From Tubiluchus corallicola (Eukaryota > Animalia > Priapulida): a stretch of DNA of 64,000 nucleotides. The notes beneath the pieces were generated by a model. The model saw nothing but the letters and a program-made list of their open reading frames with translations, ran no database searches and was not told the origin of the DNA. Where the stretch lies: NCBI GenBank assembly GCA_030141605.1, contig JAQGDQ010000404.1:62001-126000 (forward strand), in the 5' to 3' direction. The first letter of the stretch is position 1. The number at the start of each line of letters is the position of its first letter. The position numbers and the translations under genes are program-made. Positions 1 through 13,268 of this stretch are shown here, piece by piece.

Positions 1-3000
1 ATGTGACCAAAGCATTGCAGAATGTCCACACTGGCATCAATAACGCCACCAGTCCGACACATCTGGGAGACAACTATCAGCAACTTTCTGCACCTGTAAC
101 ACCCTTAAAAAAGGACTCATCACCTGCTCCTTGGGATGGGAGGGCTTCCGCTCAAACCGAGGCAGAGATTCTGAAAGCTTCAAAGAAAGTTGTTGCTAGT
201 GCTCAAAATGTTAAGCAAGAGGTGGGTATCTATGCTAGGCATTTAAGGTTTCCATAGGCATGTAATTTGCATGCTATTGCTAAATTTTGTCAGTTTGTGT
301 GCAAATAAATATTTTTATTTAAAACAATTTGCCTATTCATCTAGTTTGCGGGAAATATATCAGTAAAGACAGGCTGTTGTAAGGTTATTGATTTTCCAGG
401 ACACTTGTATGTTTCAGTTTTGAATTCAAATTTTTTTCTCAGTGTGAATGTGTCCCTTATGCATTTCCTTATTTGTGCAAAACATTGTACTAGTTTTAGA
501 AGTATTATGAAGTGTCACTACCTAGAGTTTATTTACTTAGTTTTTTAATTTACTTCCCCAGTCTAATGATGCATATTAGCTGATATAAAAAAAAACAGTT
601 CAGGCATTCGAAAAAAGATGGAGGCTGAGAACAGAGAGAGAAAAGGCAGAGTGGAGACAGCTATGCTACCTGTAAGATTTGGTATAATGTGAACCATGAC
701 ATTGTTGTTGTTGTATTTTGTACGTTGTGGACTAGCAGACAAATTGTTTTCTCTACTGAAGTGTTGATGAAATAAACGAAAACCATTCTTTCTTAAGACT
801 GCAGTTTTAAAATTCATTAAGTTACTTTAAAACTTTGCACTTTAAGATCCGGCCATAACCTACAATGCACACAAATGCAACAACAAGACAATCAGATGAT
901 CACCATACACAATTTAAAGTAAGGCAATCATACAGCCATAAATGGAGTGACCATACTGGATGTCCATTCTGGCGTGTTTACCGGGTTTATGTTTTTTGTT
1001 TCTTGGATTTTCATTTTTTGTCAACAGTAGTGTCGTTTCTGTTATGCAGTTGATCACATTTTTCTAGGTTTGTCTTTTTTCACTTGTTTTTGCCTTGCTT
1101 TGGGGTTGCCTTTTTCCACTGCCTGGTTGTCATGTCCATTTGGATCACCTGGTCATTCTGACAAGAGTTGCACAGAATTTAAACTCTGTAGCTGCATTTA
1201 CAAACTTACAGACATTCTCACTCTCAGAACTTTGCTTAATTAAAGTGGAAGCTGAAATAATTCCTAACTTTTGGACAAGGATAAAATTAGCTAAATTAGC
1301 AGCAAACTAAATTACAAAAGTCCATGACAGATTTTTTTAGAATAGCTTTTTTTAATAACATCCAAGATCAACATTGTTTTTCAGGCAGTCACAACAAATT
1401 CAGTGATAACAGTGAACAATTTGCCTGATGTAATTCAAAAACTGTCTGAACATCAACAAATTGACCTAGAAGATAATGCACTAGGTATTTTTTGTGTTTA
1501 TATTTTATTTTTGTTTGCAAAATAAAGATTTGCTGCCTTTAGTATGTATTAATTTCATTGAAGCAATAATAAGTGGATGATGAAATGATTTTTAAATTTC
1601 TGCATTTATTACACCTACAATGCTTCAGTGCTAGACTTGCTATTTGTTTGTGAGATGTATTTCTACTTTTTGGAACTTCAAAATTACAAAATGCCTTTGT
1701 GAATTTCAAAACGCTTCTGTCTCAGTATGGCAATAGGCACATTAAAATGCATCATGCACACTGTTGCAGGTGAGTATGATGAGGAAGTATCCGGGCTTGT
1801 CAACTATGTCGGTTTAATCAACCCAGCAGATCACATTGCGGACTACAGTGCTCATGCTTCTGCAGAGCTGGACTCCTCCCTATTGGAGTTCTTTCCTTTT
1901 CAGCCTGGAGGCCAGCTTTCTTTTTCTAATACTGGGGAGCAATTGTCACAGTTGCTTGCGGGCGAGAGTTCCACGGATGCGTCGAAATCTGTCGTCAAGA
2001 CAATTTCTGATACTAAGCTAACCAACGGAAGTGCAGGTATTGATGCCCAGAACTCCAAAAGCTCAGAACTTGGGTAGGTTTATCAAGATTTGTTAAAAGC
2101 ACTATTTTGTTGCTGTAACACTACATTTCATCTAGTCTAACTTATGCCAAAAAAGAAAGTGCAACTCACTCGAGTTCGAGCGATAACTCTCTACCTTGGT
2201 TGCGTTGTCATCCTGAAGATGAATTTTAGCATTCCTTATTTGCTGAAGAATGTAATGTACTTTTTGATATACTGTTGGTCTTATTTTCGATTTTCATATA
2301 TGTTGCATCTTTTTGTACTTTGATGCAACAAGTGAGTTGAATAAATGCTAAAAATTACTAGTCAGCTTTTTTGACTGCATCCAAAACTGTGATAAGATTT
2401 TGCTTCTGTGACAGGTGATGCTTTAAGTGATAGCTTTGCTTCCGTATTAACAAATCAAAAACATTTTTCGAAATAATTAACATTATATGTGTAAGCACAG
2501 TTGTACTTGACATTAATAATTTCAGCAAAATTGAAGCTTGTCAATTTTTGACCCATCACCTGTAAGTTAACACTCTGAAGTGAAGGTCACAATAATATTG
2601 CGTCCATTGAAGTTGCTGTGCTTGATTATGTAAGAAATGCATTTTTAGTTTGGTGAAATCAGAACTTCTGACTTTTTGATCCATCAAAGGTCAATCAATC
2701 TCGGGTCAATATACACCATTCAATTTGTTTCACGAAGGCCTTTCATTTAATTTACTAGAAGATACTGAAATCCGAACTTGTCACTTCTGACATGTGACCT
2801 GTAGATTAGGAGTCTACCAATGTGGGTACAACTTATACCATTCATTTCATCTCTATACGTTTTATTTGATATGTTATGAGCTACTGTTGTCTGACACTGG
2901 GAGCATTTGTCTCTGCGACCCACCCACTTTCGGTTTCTGGTTCCTAGCGGGTCAGAGAGCAAACAAACCAGGAGTACCTCAATCTGGACCAAATTTCTAC

Positions 3001-6000
3001 CATTCAGTTCTCATTGAGGCCTTCATTTGATATACCGCAACCTACTTTTATTCAACGCTGGAAGCATTTATGTTCCCAGTCCCCAATTTTGGTTTTTGCA
3101 GTCATCTTAGTGGGGTCAGGGATAGCTGATTCTGCACATAACCAATGCCACTCTTGTCACCACATTGAGGCTTTCTTCTGTTGTACAACAAGCCATTATT
3201 GCTCACAGTGGAAGCATTTGTCTCCCCATCCACCAATTTTCGGTGTTTGGTCAATAGCCAAAAATATTCCCTTTTGCAAGTGGCCCATATTCAGCCTTGC
3301 ACAATATCTCGACCTCACCTAGCCAGTGTACCAAAAATTGTGGCTTTAGCTGAAAAACTATAAGAACAGGTCCAGTCTAAAGAAAATTTAAGCCATGCCC
3401 ATTCCTTGACCTTTGACCCAATGCAGTGCATACATAACCATTAGTCATCCTGCTTGTGAGTTTAGTGTCCCTAGCCCTCTGTATCTGTGAGTTATTAAAG
3501 GAATCAAAAGGCCAAATAAATAAATAATGAAAACTTGGGTAGATTAAGGTTCTGCGATAAAGCACGTGGCAGATTTTTTAGGTTAAAGCTTTATGCTGTT
3601 CTGTCCCAGCCATAGTGGCCACAATGAGCGGCTGGATTTATTATATGTGGATTTATTGTACTGTACAATGTTCTACTGTATTAGTATTAATTTGATTGGT
3701 ATTTATTCATTCACTCAAAACATACAATGCGGATAACTGCACATTTTAAAGTATAAACTCATAAGAAATCATAACGACCAATGACATTCATCTTGTGGTA
3801 AACTATTGCTGTGTAACTAAGAATTGTTTTTCTTGTTAAATTAAGAAAAGTTTAAAAGAATCGTCTACTTTTAAACTTTTGCACCATTTTCTTGAACTAC
3901 CATATTGACTGTAAAGCGGCGGTATAAAATCACTACATGGCCGTATACTGTGTAGAAAAAGTGCGGTATGTAAGTGTAAATTAAAATCTCTATAGTAGAT
4001 TTATGAAGTCAAGTAGGATACATCAGCTACCGAATGTACCACCCCTGTTAATTGGTAATAATTTTTTTTAAATGACGAGGGAGTTTTAGAAAATCCGTTA
4101 CAAAAAAGCTTATATCATTATTAATATTATATTATATCATTGAGTAAGGCTGAAGGTGTTTTTACAATTGCTTGTGCATGTGGTAAGCTAAATAAGCAGA
4201 TAATATTTTTTGTTTATTTTATAATTGTTTTTTCTTTTTTAAGTTTAGTTTGTAACTTTTCTAGTAAGTTGACGCGGGAGAGACGTAGAACAGGTGAAAG
4301 TCACACAATATCTGACACTGATGAGGAAGCAGAGGAGTTGGATGGATTTCGGATGCGGGAAAGTGTTGCTAACTTCATGAGAAACGTCAATCGAATACGA
4401 TTCTACAGTCAGTGTCCTGAGGTAAGATACTCAAGTGGATACTGAATGACCGTGTACTGATGCTTGTCCTACTTGTGTCATCGTTAAACCAGGTGTCACA
4501 TCCATTGCAGATAAACACCTGCAAAATAACTGTGGGATAACGCAAGGCTTTACTAGACATACTGATTGGAATACGTGTTGTTTAAATTTGGCTGTAATAC
4601 ATGTATAGTAGTATTTTGCTGCCAAGTAACATGTCATATGATCTATGTCCTGTATCGATCAGTTTTTCTGCATTCACAGTGTCCAATGTGCAACATTGCT
4701 TTGACTCAAGCCGGATAAATGGCCGCATTAAAAACAGTATAAAGTGAATTTTGTTTATAAGAAAACAACGTACGCAATTCCGTACATCGGGTAAATGCCG
4801 CTTAATTCTTATCCAGAGGTGCACGTGTTTAGTGGAACCTTATTGATCACTATGCATACATAGAATGCTGCACCATTGTTTGTGCTACAAGTGGTCATAT
4901 GTCTTAAGTTGCTGGTTCAGCCATACTGAGTTAAGCTAAACTGAGCCTAATATAAACCTTTTCTTGCTTTGATATAATTTTGCGATATTGTTTTTAATAT
5001 TAGTACTGTAATTAAAGCAAATGAATTGCAAAAAATCAAAAGGCACTTACCCACAGTAAATGATTAAATATTTATACTTAAATAATGGTATCAAAATTAT
5101 ATAATGAAATGCTATGAGTAGTGCTTTTTGATGACAAAATGCTTGCGATCCATGTCTGTGGAGTCTGTGACTTGATTTTTCAGAACCTTCTGAATTTCAG
5201 TATTCCAGTGCATGCCGGCGAAAGTTGATCAAGTTTTCTTTATGTTTCAGACTATAGAGTCACTGGGTGAAGCGAGTTCACATAAACACTCTGGAACAAT
5301 GGATCGACCTCTTTCTCGATCCAGCTCTTGTCCGATGCTCAGTGCAAAAATGGAGTCTGTAGAATCCGCTTCTGAACGGGAAGGTATTATCAGTTGTGGG
5401 AGTGATGTTCAATGTGACCATTGGCGTAACTATACTTTTTTGGACCCTATCGTTGCCCGACAAAACTAATAACAGTATTAAAATATTAAGCAAATTTATC
5501 TAAAATTTTTGTTTATTAGTTGTAAATCAAAGAAATGGAAAGTTCGTCGCTATTTCCAATTATCGTCAATCTGTTATCAAGGTCTGTAAAATTGTTTGCA
5601 ATTGATGTGGTTGAGCTTTTATTTTGTAGTAAAATGCAAATTTGATGAAAAAACTTATTTGTCTGAGTTCTTTTGACTAAGTGGAGCCATTAACATACTG
5701 AAATATAAAAATATTACTGAATGTTTTTATCTAATTAGACATGCATTACTTTGGCACCCTTGACATTTTATTTGATACTGTAAATTTGTCAGAGCAATAA
5801 AATATTTCTTTTCCATTAATGAAAACTTTCATTCATAAAACCAGTATGCAGAAATCTTCAAGATGTTTCTGCATTATCATTTATTCACTATCTTAGCTTT
5901 GAGAAACAAAATGCAGGAACGTTTCATCTGGCAATCTTTTGATAAGTACCAATACCATAAGTTGTGTAACTATATTTTTAAGTCACCCTGCAATAATAAT

Positions 6001-9000
6001 CCTGTAGGCCCCAATCATTCAGTTGTTAAATTATTGTGGCCTAATGATGCAAGATAGTTTTTAAAATCAGTTATAAAACTGTAACAAATTGCTTTTAAAT
6101 ATTTTTCTTAGTCATTTCATGTTGACCGAAGTACCTCTTAGGCGTAATTATGCATTATTTTGCACTCTTCGCGGTTTTTTTAGACAACCATCGTCTCTCT
6201 AACTCAACCCCCCTCTCCAACTACACTGCTAGTAGAAGCATAATTACACCTCTGATACTAAATATAGGTGATTATCTGTTTACTGCTTTATAACTTCTTC
6301 GGGGACGTTAATAATTTTTTATTTATTCGACAACATTCACTATTGCATTTTCTATCTTAAATTATTTTCTATTGCAGAACCTGAAAGGAAAGGCCCGATG
6401 CCATGTTTGTTGTGTCAGCAAGTTACATCTTCCATTAATGCAGTTACTTGTGTGCAACCACTTAGTAGTAGTACTGCATTTTCTCCAGTGGTTGCAGCAC
6501 CAGTCATATCAACAACTTTCTCTGACACATGTACGTTGGAGGTTTTTGTACGCTCTTCCTCTTAGTAGTGTTAATGGTTAATTGTCTCCTATTTAAACGG
6601 TGGCAGTGCACTGTTTCATATTAAAGTGATTTATTTGTATGAAATTTTTTAATGAGACTACACAAATTTGTTGAATAATAGTGTTATCGCTTGTGCATAT
6701 GTACCTACTTATTAGGAATTAGTTATTAAATTATTGTGACTTAATTACTTGCAGCCTTGTGTTTTACGAAAAAGTAACTATTAGTGTCCCCTTTTAATAA
6801 CCTTGTCAGTATCGATCATTTTTAAATGTAAAATATTGCTAATACTAAGTCATTAAAAAACTATATGGACTGTTGATCTTATACTTGAATTTTCTAATAG
6901 GACTGTTGATCCTTTTCTTGAATCTTGTAATAGGCCCATCTATAACTTCTACTGAGTCGACTCAGGTAACAAAGATGATTTATGCTCGACCTCTCATGAG
7001 CACCGCAAAAGATTTCACCGGAAAACAATTCCCGTTTTATACCACGCTACCTCCACCTGAGTTGCTGGATAGGCACATACAACTGGCGACTGACGTTCAC
7101 TCAAAAGGTACATTGAATAATTAGTTGAGTTTTTAAAATTCTTGCTGTCATTTTCACCATGTTGGCTGCTAAAGTGATAGGAACACGGAGAGTTTGTGCG
7201 TAACCTCTTCTGTTTGGCTTCCAGAAGCAGGTAAATGAACTAAATTTTAAACACTGAAATATTTGAGTTAAACTGAACAAACCCGTAATTCACTGTAAAC
7301 ACTAAGCTGTAATTATAGCTGTAACACTGTGCTGTGATGCACACTGCATAGTACAAATACATAGAAGAACCATAAGAAAAACCCAGAAGTCCTTTCTGAG
7401 ACCTAAATGTGTTACGGCAGATGTTTGTTAGCACATTATGCCAGTGTAATCATTTTTGAGTGAACGAAATTTTGTCATTAAAAAACAACCCGATATGAAT
7501 TTTTTTCAAAAAGTTTTATTTTCTTTATTTACTGTAGCCATTGCTTGTAATTTTTATAAAACTTTTTGAAGTTTGATGGAATACGTAAGCGTTAATGAAT
7601 CGATTAAACAATGTTGCAGATTTGGAGAGGTTGATGATTACGAGTCAGAGTGACACGGACTGGACTCACTTTGGTGGATCACCTCCTGCTGATGAGATCA
7701 AAATATTGCGTGGTCAGCTACTTTTGCTTCACAACCAGCTGATGTTTGAGCGACATCGACGTGACCTACATGGACAGAGAAACCGAAGACTCCTTGGCAA
7801 AGCCATTCAATCAGTTGTCATGGAAGAAAAATCAAATGCCATGGTAGCAGTTACGTTCATCCAGTAATGATAGGCTAGCTTTGGCACATGGTGGTTAACT
7901 CTAGTTGCTAAACTACAAAGTAGTACATGTGTGCCACAGACATTTAACTTTAGCTGGCCAAACTTCCTGACTTGTGAAAAGTGATCAAAGCATTTCATTG
8001 GCAATATTTTCTTGTAGTTGTAGTGTTTTCATTTGTTAACCTGGATTGCATTGTGAGTACTTAGGTGCAAAGTTAAGTAGAGCTTAGCCTGGATAGCAAA
8101 TCATTGAGTGACCGGTCGGAAAACTGCTTTTGGATATGTTACTATCTGTTATGTGCATCCAAAAGTAGCTGAGGCTCCTCAATCAGTTCATTTACTCATT
8201 TCAAAAGGTTTTGCTTGATTATTAGCTAGATACCAATCCTGCCACAACTGTCTAATTTAAGCAAGTTCTTCCTATGTGTGTTGGATTCCAGCTTATGGAA
8301 TGCCAAACTATATGAAAAATATGCTCAACAGAAATGTAGTCGATCAGAAAATCGTTGCAATTTTGTTCATCACCAGCATGAGTTGAAAATTAGTCGAATT
8401 ATAGTTAGGTATTGGGGATGTGTTTATGATGCGCTCCTTTTGAAATGGCAGAATATTAAAAAATTTGCCCTTTCATTATTTTTTTAGAAAGATCAGCTAC
8501 AGCTACAAGAACAAGAAATCTTCAACCTGCAACATGAGCTGACACAGGTGAGAGAACAACTACAACAGCTTAAGCTGAAGAAAGAGGAAGAACAAGACCT
8601 AAAACAAATGGAATTACAGTAAGATTTTTTTAAGCTCATAATTCCTCTTGAAACACAGAGTAATTGCTGACAGATTCTTATGGTCAAGAGCTTCTCGCTC
8701 GGGAAATGATGTCCGATGTTCTCTTCATTAATTTACTTAGGTAATGTTATGTTCTGCTCTGGATGAATATGTGGTAAAATGTTCCTAAGTTAAGTAAACA
8801 TCTTTTGCATGGTCACTTCTAAAAATAAAATAATCAAAATCCAAAGAATAAAACTTAGCCAATAAAAATAGATAATTTGTCATTGGCTTCATAAGTTTAC
8901 ATTTATCATGAACTAGTTTTTCTGGTTTTTACTTGAACATTTTAGTACAAATTAGTAAAAACGTTTCAGAACAAATACTGTTATAACCCACATTTAAATT

Positions 9001-11856
9001 GTGTGAATTATTGACTATGTCTGTTTTAGAGCCTACATTCAACAGAAAGACCATTATTTTGAAGTAATGAAGGAAAATGAGGACGAGATCAAAACCAAAA
9101 ATGGCCAGATTATCCAACTCTCCCAGGTAGGAGAGGTGATATGAAAGAATTACTGATTTAAAAGCAATACCGTAATGTGACAGGCTATTTGCCAAATTTA
9201 ACAAATTATTTTATTAAAATGTGTTATATGCGATATGGACATCATAACATTTTATCCTTAAATAACCTTATATTGAATTTCATTTATTATTGCATTGGAT
9301 ATTGGCCGTACATTCAGTCTCCATAACTAGTAAGGACATTGTTTTGATTTTTGTTACATCAATCTAATTTAATATAAATGCACTTATTATGCGGTAAACT
9401 AATATCCAGTTTAGGACATACAAGCGACATCAATCATTGTTCAGTAGGTGATAGAAAAGTGCCTTGAAACAACATGCCCTTATTTGATGTGTGCAAAGAA
9501 AAGTCTGAAGCATGATGCAGCAAACAATTGCTTCTGTTCCTTTTAGCACACACATTTATCTGCTTCAAAAGGTGGCAGGAGCAGCGTTCAAGATGGACGC
9601 TTATATTCCTGTTTTTTATTAGTTTTGTCATCATTATTAAGTGCAACATTCATTTTATTAAAAGTTATTATTCAATTTTGAAAAGTGGGAGTGGCAGTAA
9701 CAATTACTTGAACTTAACTTACTCGAAAAACTGTGATTTCGTGGAATTGCTAGACATACAGCAGGTCACGAGTTTCAAACGCATCAATATAGAACAGTAA
9801 AAAGCATAAATGTTCCCTAAATAGTACTGAATGTAAGTAAAATAAGGGACCATACTTTTTATCACTTTTGCTATGGACTGTTGAAGGTCTGAAGTCAATT
9901 TTGAAGTGTACCACTGACCATCATATTACTAAACAAAATTTATTTGCTTTTACGGAAAATTTATAATCACTACTGATATTATTTGGGGACACACCTTCCT
10001 GTTTTTTAGACTGTTACATGTTACCTTTGCACTTTTATTGTTTCAGTTACTGCAGCATACTCAGGCCACTCTGTTCGCATCTGAGAAGAACTTGGAGCGA
10101 ATACAGGAGGAGGTTCGACAGAATCGAGAGCTAAAAGAGAGGGTGATACAGCTGAGTAAGGAATTACTGCTAGCTGGAGAAGTGGAACGCAAATACAGGG
10201 ATCAACTTTATCTAATAGGCAGTGGGACTTGTACAAGCATACCTGATAGCATGTTAGAATCATACATCAGAGAAATTGCTAGTATGAAACTTTTCATTAT
10301 ACTGAAGCTTTTATATTTTATTTGGAAAATCTGTTTTTATGATGGCTGAGTGGGCGGCGAGGTCTGTGTCGAAGTGGTAGTATCCCGGGACTTCATGTGA
10401 GTGGCATGGGTTCGATATTCGCTGTGGGTGGTTCATGCACGAACCTTGGTTCATGCATGTACACGCATATCCGAAATGGCTGCAGCACCTCTGCCAGTGC
10501 AGTATCTCTTAAAGGGATGTTCTTGATAGTGAGTCAGGTTCCAGTCACGTTACCAACATCTACTTGTGTAAGCCTTGCCTTAGAGTGCTTTCACCAAAGT
10601 ATATAAAAAATCTCTGTTTTCAAGTGTGTTTTGCTTGTTTGTAAAATGTTGCCTAATGCCATTTTATTCTATTAAAGTATAGTTTTTAGTATATAGTTTT
10701 TTAAAGCAAAAAAATCCAGAAATGGCCATAATTTTCAAAGGAATCACTGGGTGCTTAGCAACAAAAATTAATGGCAATAGAGGCTAACTAGTTGTTTCAA
10801 ACAAGTTTTAGTTTATTGACTGTTAAATTGTTCAAACTAAGTATTTTTTGCGTTCTGTGGCATTATTTTGCGATGTGACTGTTTAGTGTGTACCCTCAGA
10901 TGCACACTTCGTTAGAGGCTTTTTATAATTAATATCGTTTGCAGGCTTGAAAGCTAGAATTAGGCATTTGGAATCACAACACGAGAGCAAGAAGTGTCGC
11001 CTAGCTGACCTGGAAGCTGCACTCGGGAAGAAAGATTTAATAATTGCAGAACAAAAGCGTTCATTAGAACACAGCAAAAACCTGGATATGGGACAGATAC
11101 AGGTAAAATTGTGTTTCATTTATGTTGTCCCTTGGAATTTTGCTTTTGTGTTTATTACTGGGTGTGTAAAGTCATCCCTAATTCATGAAACACAAAATGC
11201 AGTAGCAAACTTGCTCAATACGGATTCTGTCTTAAACTATTCTTTAAAATCTATTTAGTGAGTTAGTGAATTTCTAATAAAGTACATGAGTTGTGGTAGT
11301 TTTTCCTGGAATTGGAAAGGTTGTTAGTAAGAAATGTAATGCAGATTATACTTTTTCACTATAAAGTCAGAAATACAGTGCCATGAACTTGAATGTAATG
11401 TAAGGAACTTCATTTGCCAAATTTTTGACTTTCCAGTGTGTATCCAAGGATATTGCCTTCCTTTAATCTTGTACAATTTTTTTCTAGGCTTTAGAGACAA
11501 AGTACAAATCAATGAAGGTTGTAGCCCAAGGATTAGAAAGTCATATTATGGAACTGTATGGACGCCTTGATGCACAGAGCAAACGTCCAATTGGAGATAT
11601 AGTGGCATCTTCGACGCCCCCATTGGCTGTCGCCACAGGTGAAACCAGGCATCGCCTTCACAGATCCAACACCGTACCAGCCAGGACAACTTCCGATGCT
11701 TCGCCTCAAGACCATAAAAGTCCTGTAGCTGCAGAGGGTGGTATTACAAAGCAAAGAGAGGCCAGTAAATCGGGACCAAGCTCTTTTGCCTTGCCAACGA
11801 AGTGCATAACTGAACAAGAAAGCCTGCGAAACAAAGATTTGGGTTTAGATAAGTGA
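1..11856 (+). CDS. TSC1: Hamartin (TSC1), 3' part; gene begins upstream of the window
   Basis: Phase-consistent GT-AG exons: <1-221, 1385-1484, 1770-2073, 4265-4421, 5251-5383, 6378-6530, 6934-7107, 7620-7843, 8488-8618, 9030-9126, 10047-10281, 10945-11102, 11488-11856 (TGA). Contains PPPELLDRHIQ, DWTHFGGSPPADEIKILRGQLLLLHNQLMFERHRRDLHGQRNRRLL, MKDQLQLQEQEI and LESHIMELYGRL, matching the hamartin C-terminal coiled-coil region. The first six exons are low-conservation and less certain. Confidence 0.93.
2540..3425. repeat. Degenerate non-autonomous interspersed repeat in a TSC1 intron
   Basis: Three diverged internal units with core (T)ACCATTC...TTT(C/T)ATTT(G/A)AT at ~2712, ~2835 and ~2997, plus AAGGTCA/TGACCTTTGACC motifs typical of invertebrate MITE-like repeats. 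No ORF; ends unclear. Confidence 0.4.
6868..6933 (+). repeat. 33-bp tandem duplication covering a TSC1 splice acceptor
   Basis: 6868-6900 gactgttgatcttatacttgaattttctaatag vs 6901-6933 gactgttgatccttttcttgaatcttgtaatag (28/33 identical), both ending in TAG. Confidence 0.9.
10360..10610 (+). mobile_element. tRNA-derived SINE (degenerate) in a TSC1 intron
   Basis: GC-richer ~250-bp island with Pol III A-box-like TGTCGAAGTGG (10367-10377), B-box-like GGTTCGATATTC (from 10409) at tRNA-like spacing, and an A-rich 3' end (atataaaaaa). Confidence 0.6.
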
Positions 11857-13268
11857 ATAAATGTTAAGTTTTTCTACAGTTTTCTTTTTTTCGCATCAAC
11901 TTTGCATTATTTTGTAAATATGCAGTTTATGCATACTACAAAGCCCACGAATAGTCTGTTTGTCTGTTCGGATTTTCTCAAAGGTGTAAATTGAGGTTCT
12001 TGCTTTGGACAGTGCTGCATGTGTCACATTATCCAATCATGGGAACATTGTGCAATTTAAAACTGCTTGTTGCATTCAAAATAAGTATCACAGTATCTTT
12101 TAGAATACCAGTATTTTGGAGCTGAATGACTATCAGTTTATTATTAACAAGTTGTTACAAGTAAGCATGTCCTTGGAATGCTATAGTCACAGATCTATAT
12201 AGTGTATTGTACGATCAGTTTTGCACGTTATTTTGCGGCTTCTTGCAATTATAATTGTGAATCGATATGTTGCTATTCACAATCGAGTTCTGCTGATGCC
12301 TTTGTTGTACTTTTGAGAAAGAAATTGATAGCCTATTTACAGATGCAAGACAGATAAGCAACTATGTACTATGTATTTACAACATATTTGCATAAGGGGG
12401 AAACCTAAATATTTACTGAAGTTGTACAGTATTCAGAAATACATTTATTTTTGCTTACCGTAATTCATGTCGTTTTTTCGCATTCTTCAGTTAAGTATTC
12501 CTAGAGTAAATATTTATGATCTTCAAAATGTATGTTCACCAATTTTTTCGCGATCTGCTTCTAAATTGACTAGCAATTCAATTCATAAGATCAATTTATA
12601 ACTTTGCCACACTGAGGGTTACTCAGTATCATCTGTATCAGTTAGTTTGCTGGTGGTCTGTAGTGGGTCATTTTATCTTTTGCTTTTGTTGAGAAAAACA
12701 GTTTATGAATTCGATTGTTGAACCGTTACTTTCTTGAAAACCTATGAAACACAGTAACGATGTTAAATGCAATACCGTTATTATTACAATGCCTTTCGAT
12801 CCTAAACCTTGGTGATCGAAACATGTTGTATTATCAAATGTTAATTTTAAACGATTTTATCTGAATTTAATGAATATTGCAGTATTACGGTTTCAGAATC
12901 AAAATCAGTCCTTGCAATGCAATGTATTCACAATGCAAGTTGTTAAGTTAATTTGTTTTGTTATGTAGAGGAAAGGCGAGGTTTTTACTTTTCACACCCA
13001 GCTGTGAAATATTGGGTGCCATTTCTATGCTATGCAAAAATCTCATTAACTTATTAATATGACTTTTTTAAGTGCCGTGAAAATGGGAGTAATGCATAAG
13101 CTAATAATTTAAAACTTTATGTATCACGCTGTAAGAAAAAATAACGAAGCAAAGATTATATTAAAGTTTCTTTGAAATTTGTTTTATGTACACAATTTAA
13201 GATTATTCTGCAATGAAATATTAACACAAGTACAAGAATATAAATGATCATCAAATAATAGTAAATAC

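Noticed and set aside
943-1160. Possible hAT-type MITE; similar fragments at ~17695-17780, ~27200-27365 and ~38900-38970
   Set aside because: Too degenerate, with no TSDs; plausible repeat debris that cannot be delimited.
5128-5701. Two TGATGA...CTGA pairs in TSC1 introns (5128-5193, 5642-5701)
   Set aside because: Weak or absent terminal stems and no recognisable guide; expected by chance in AT-rich DNA.
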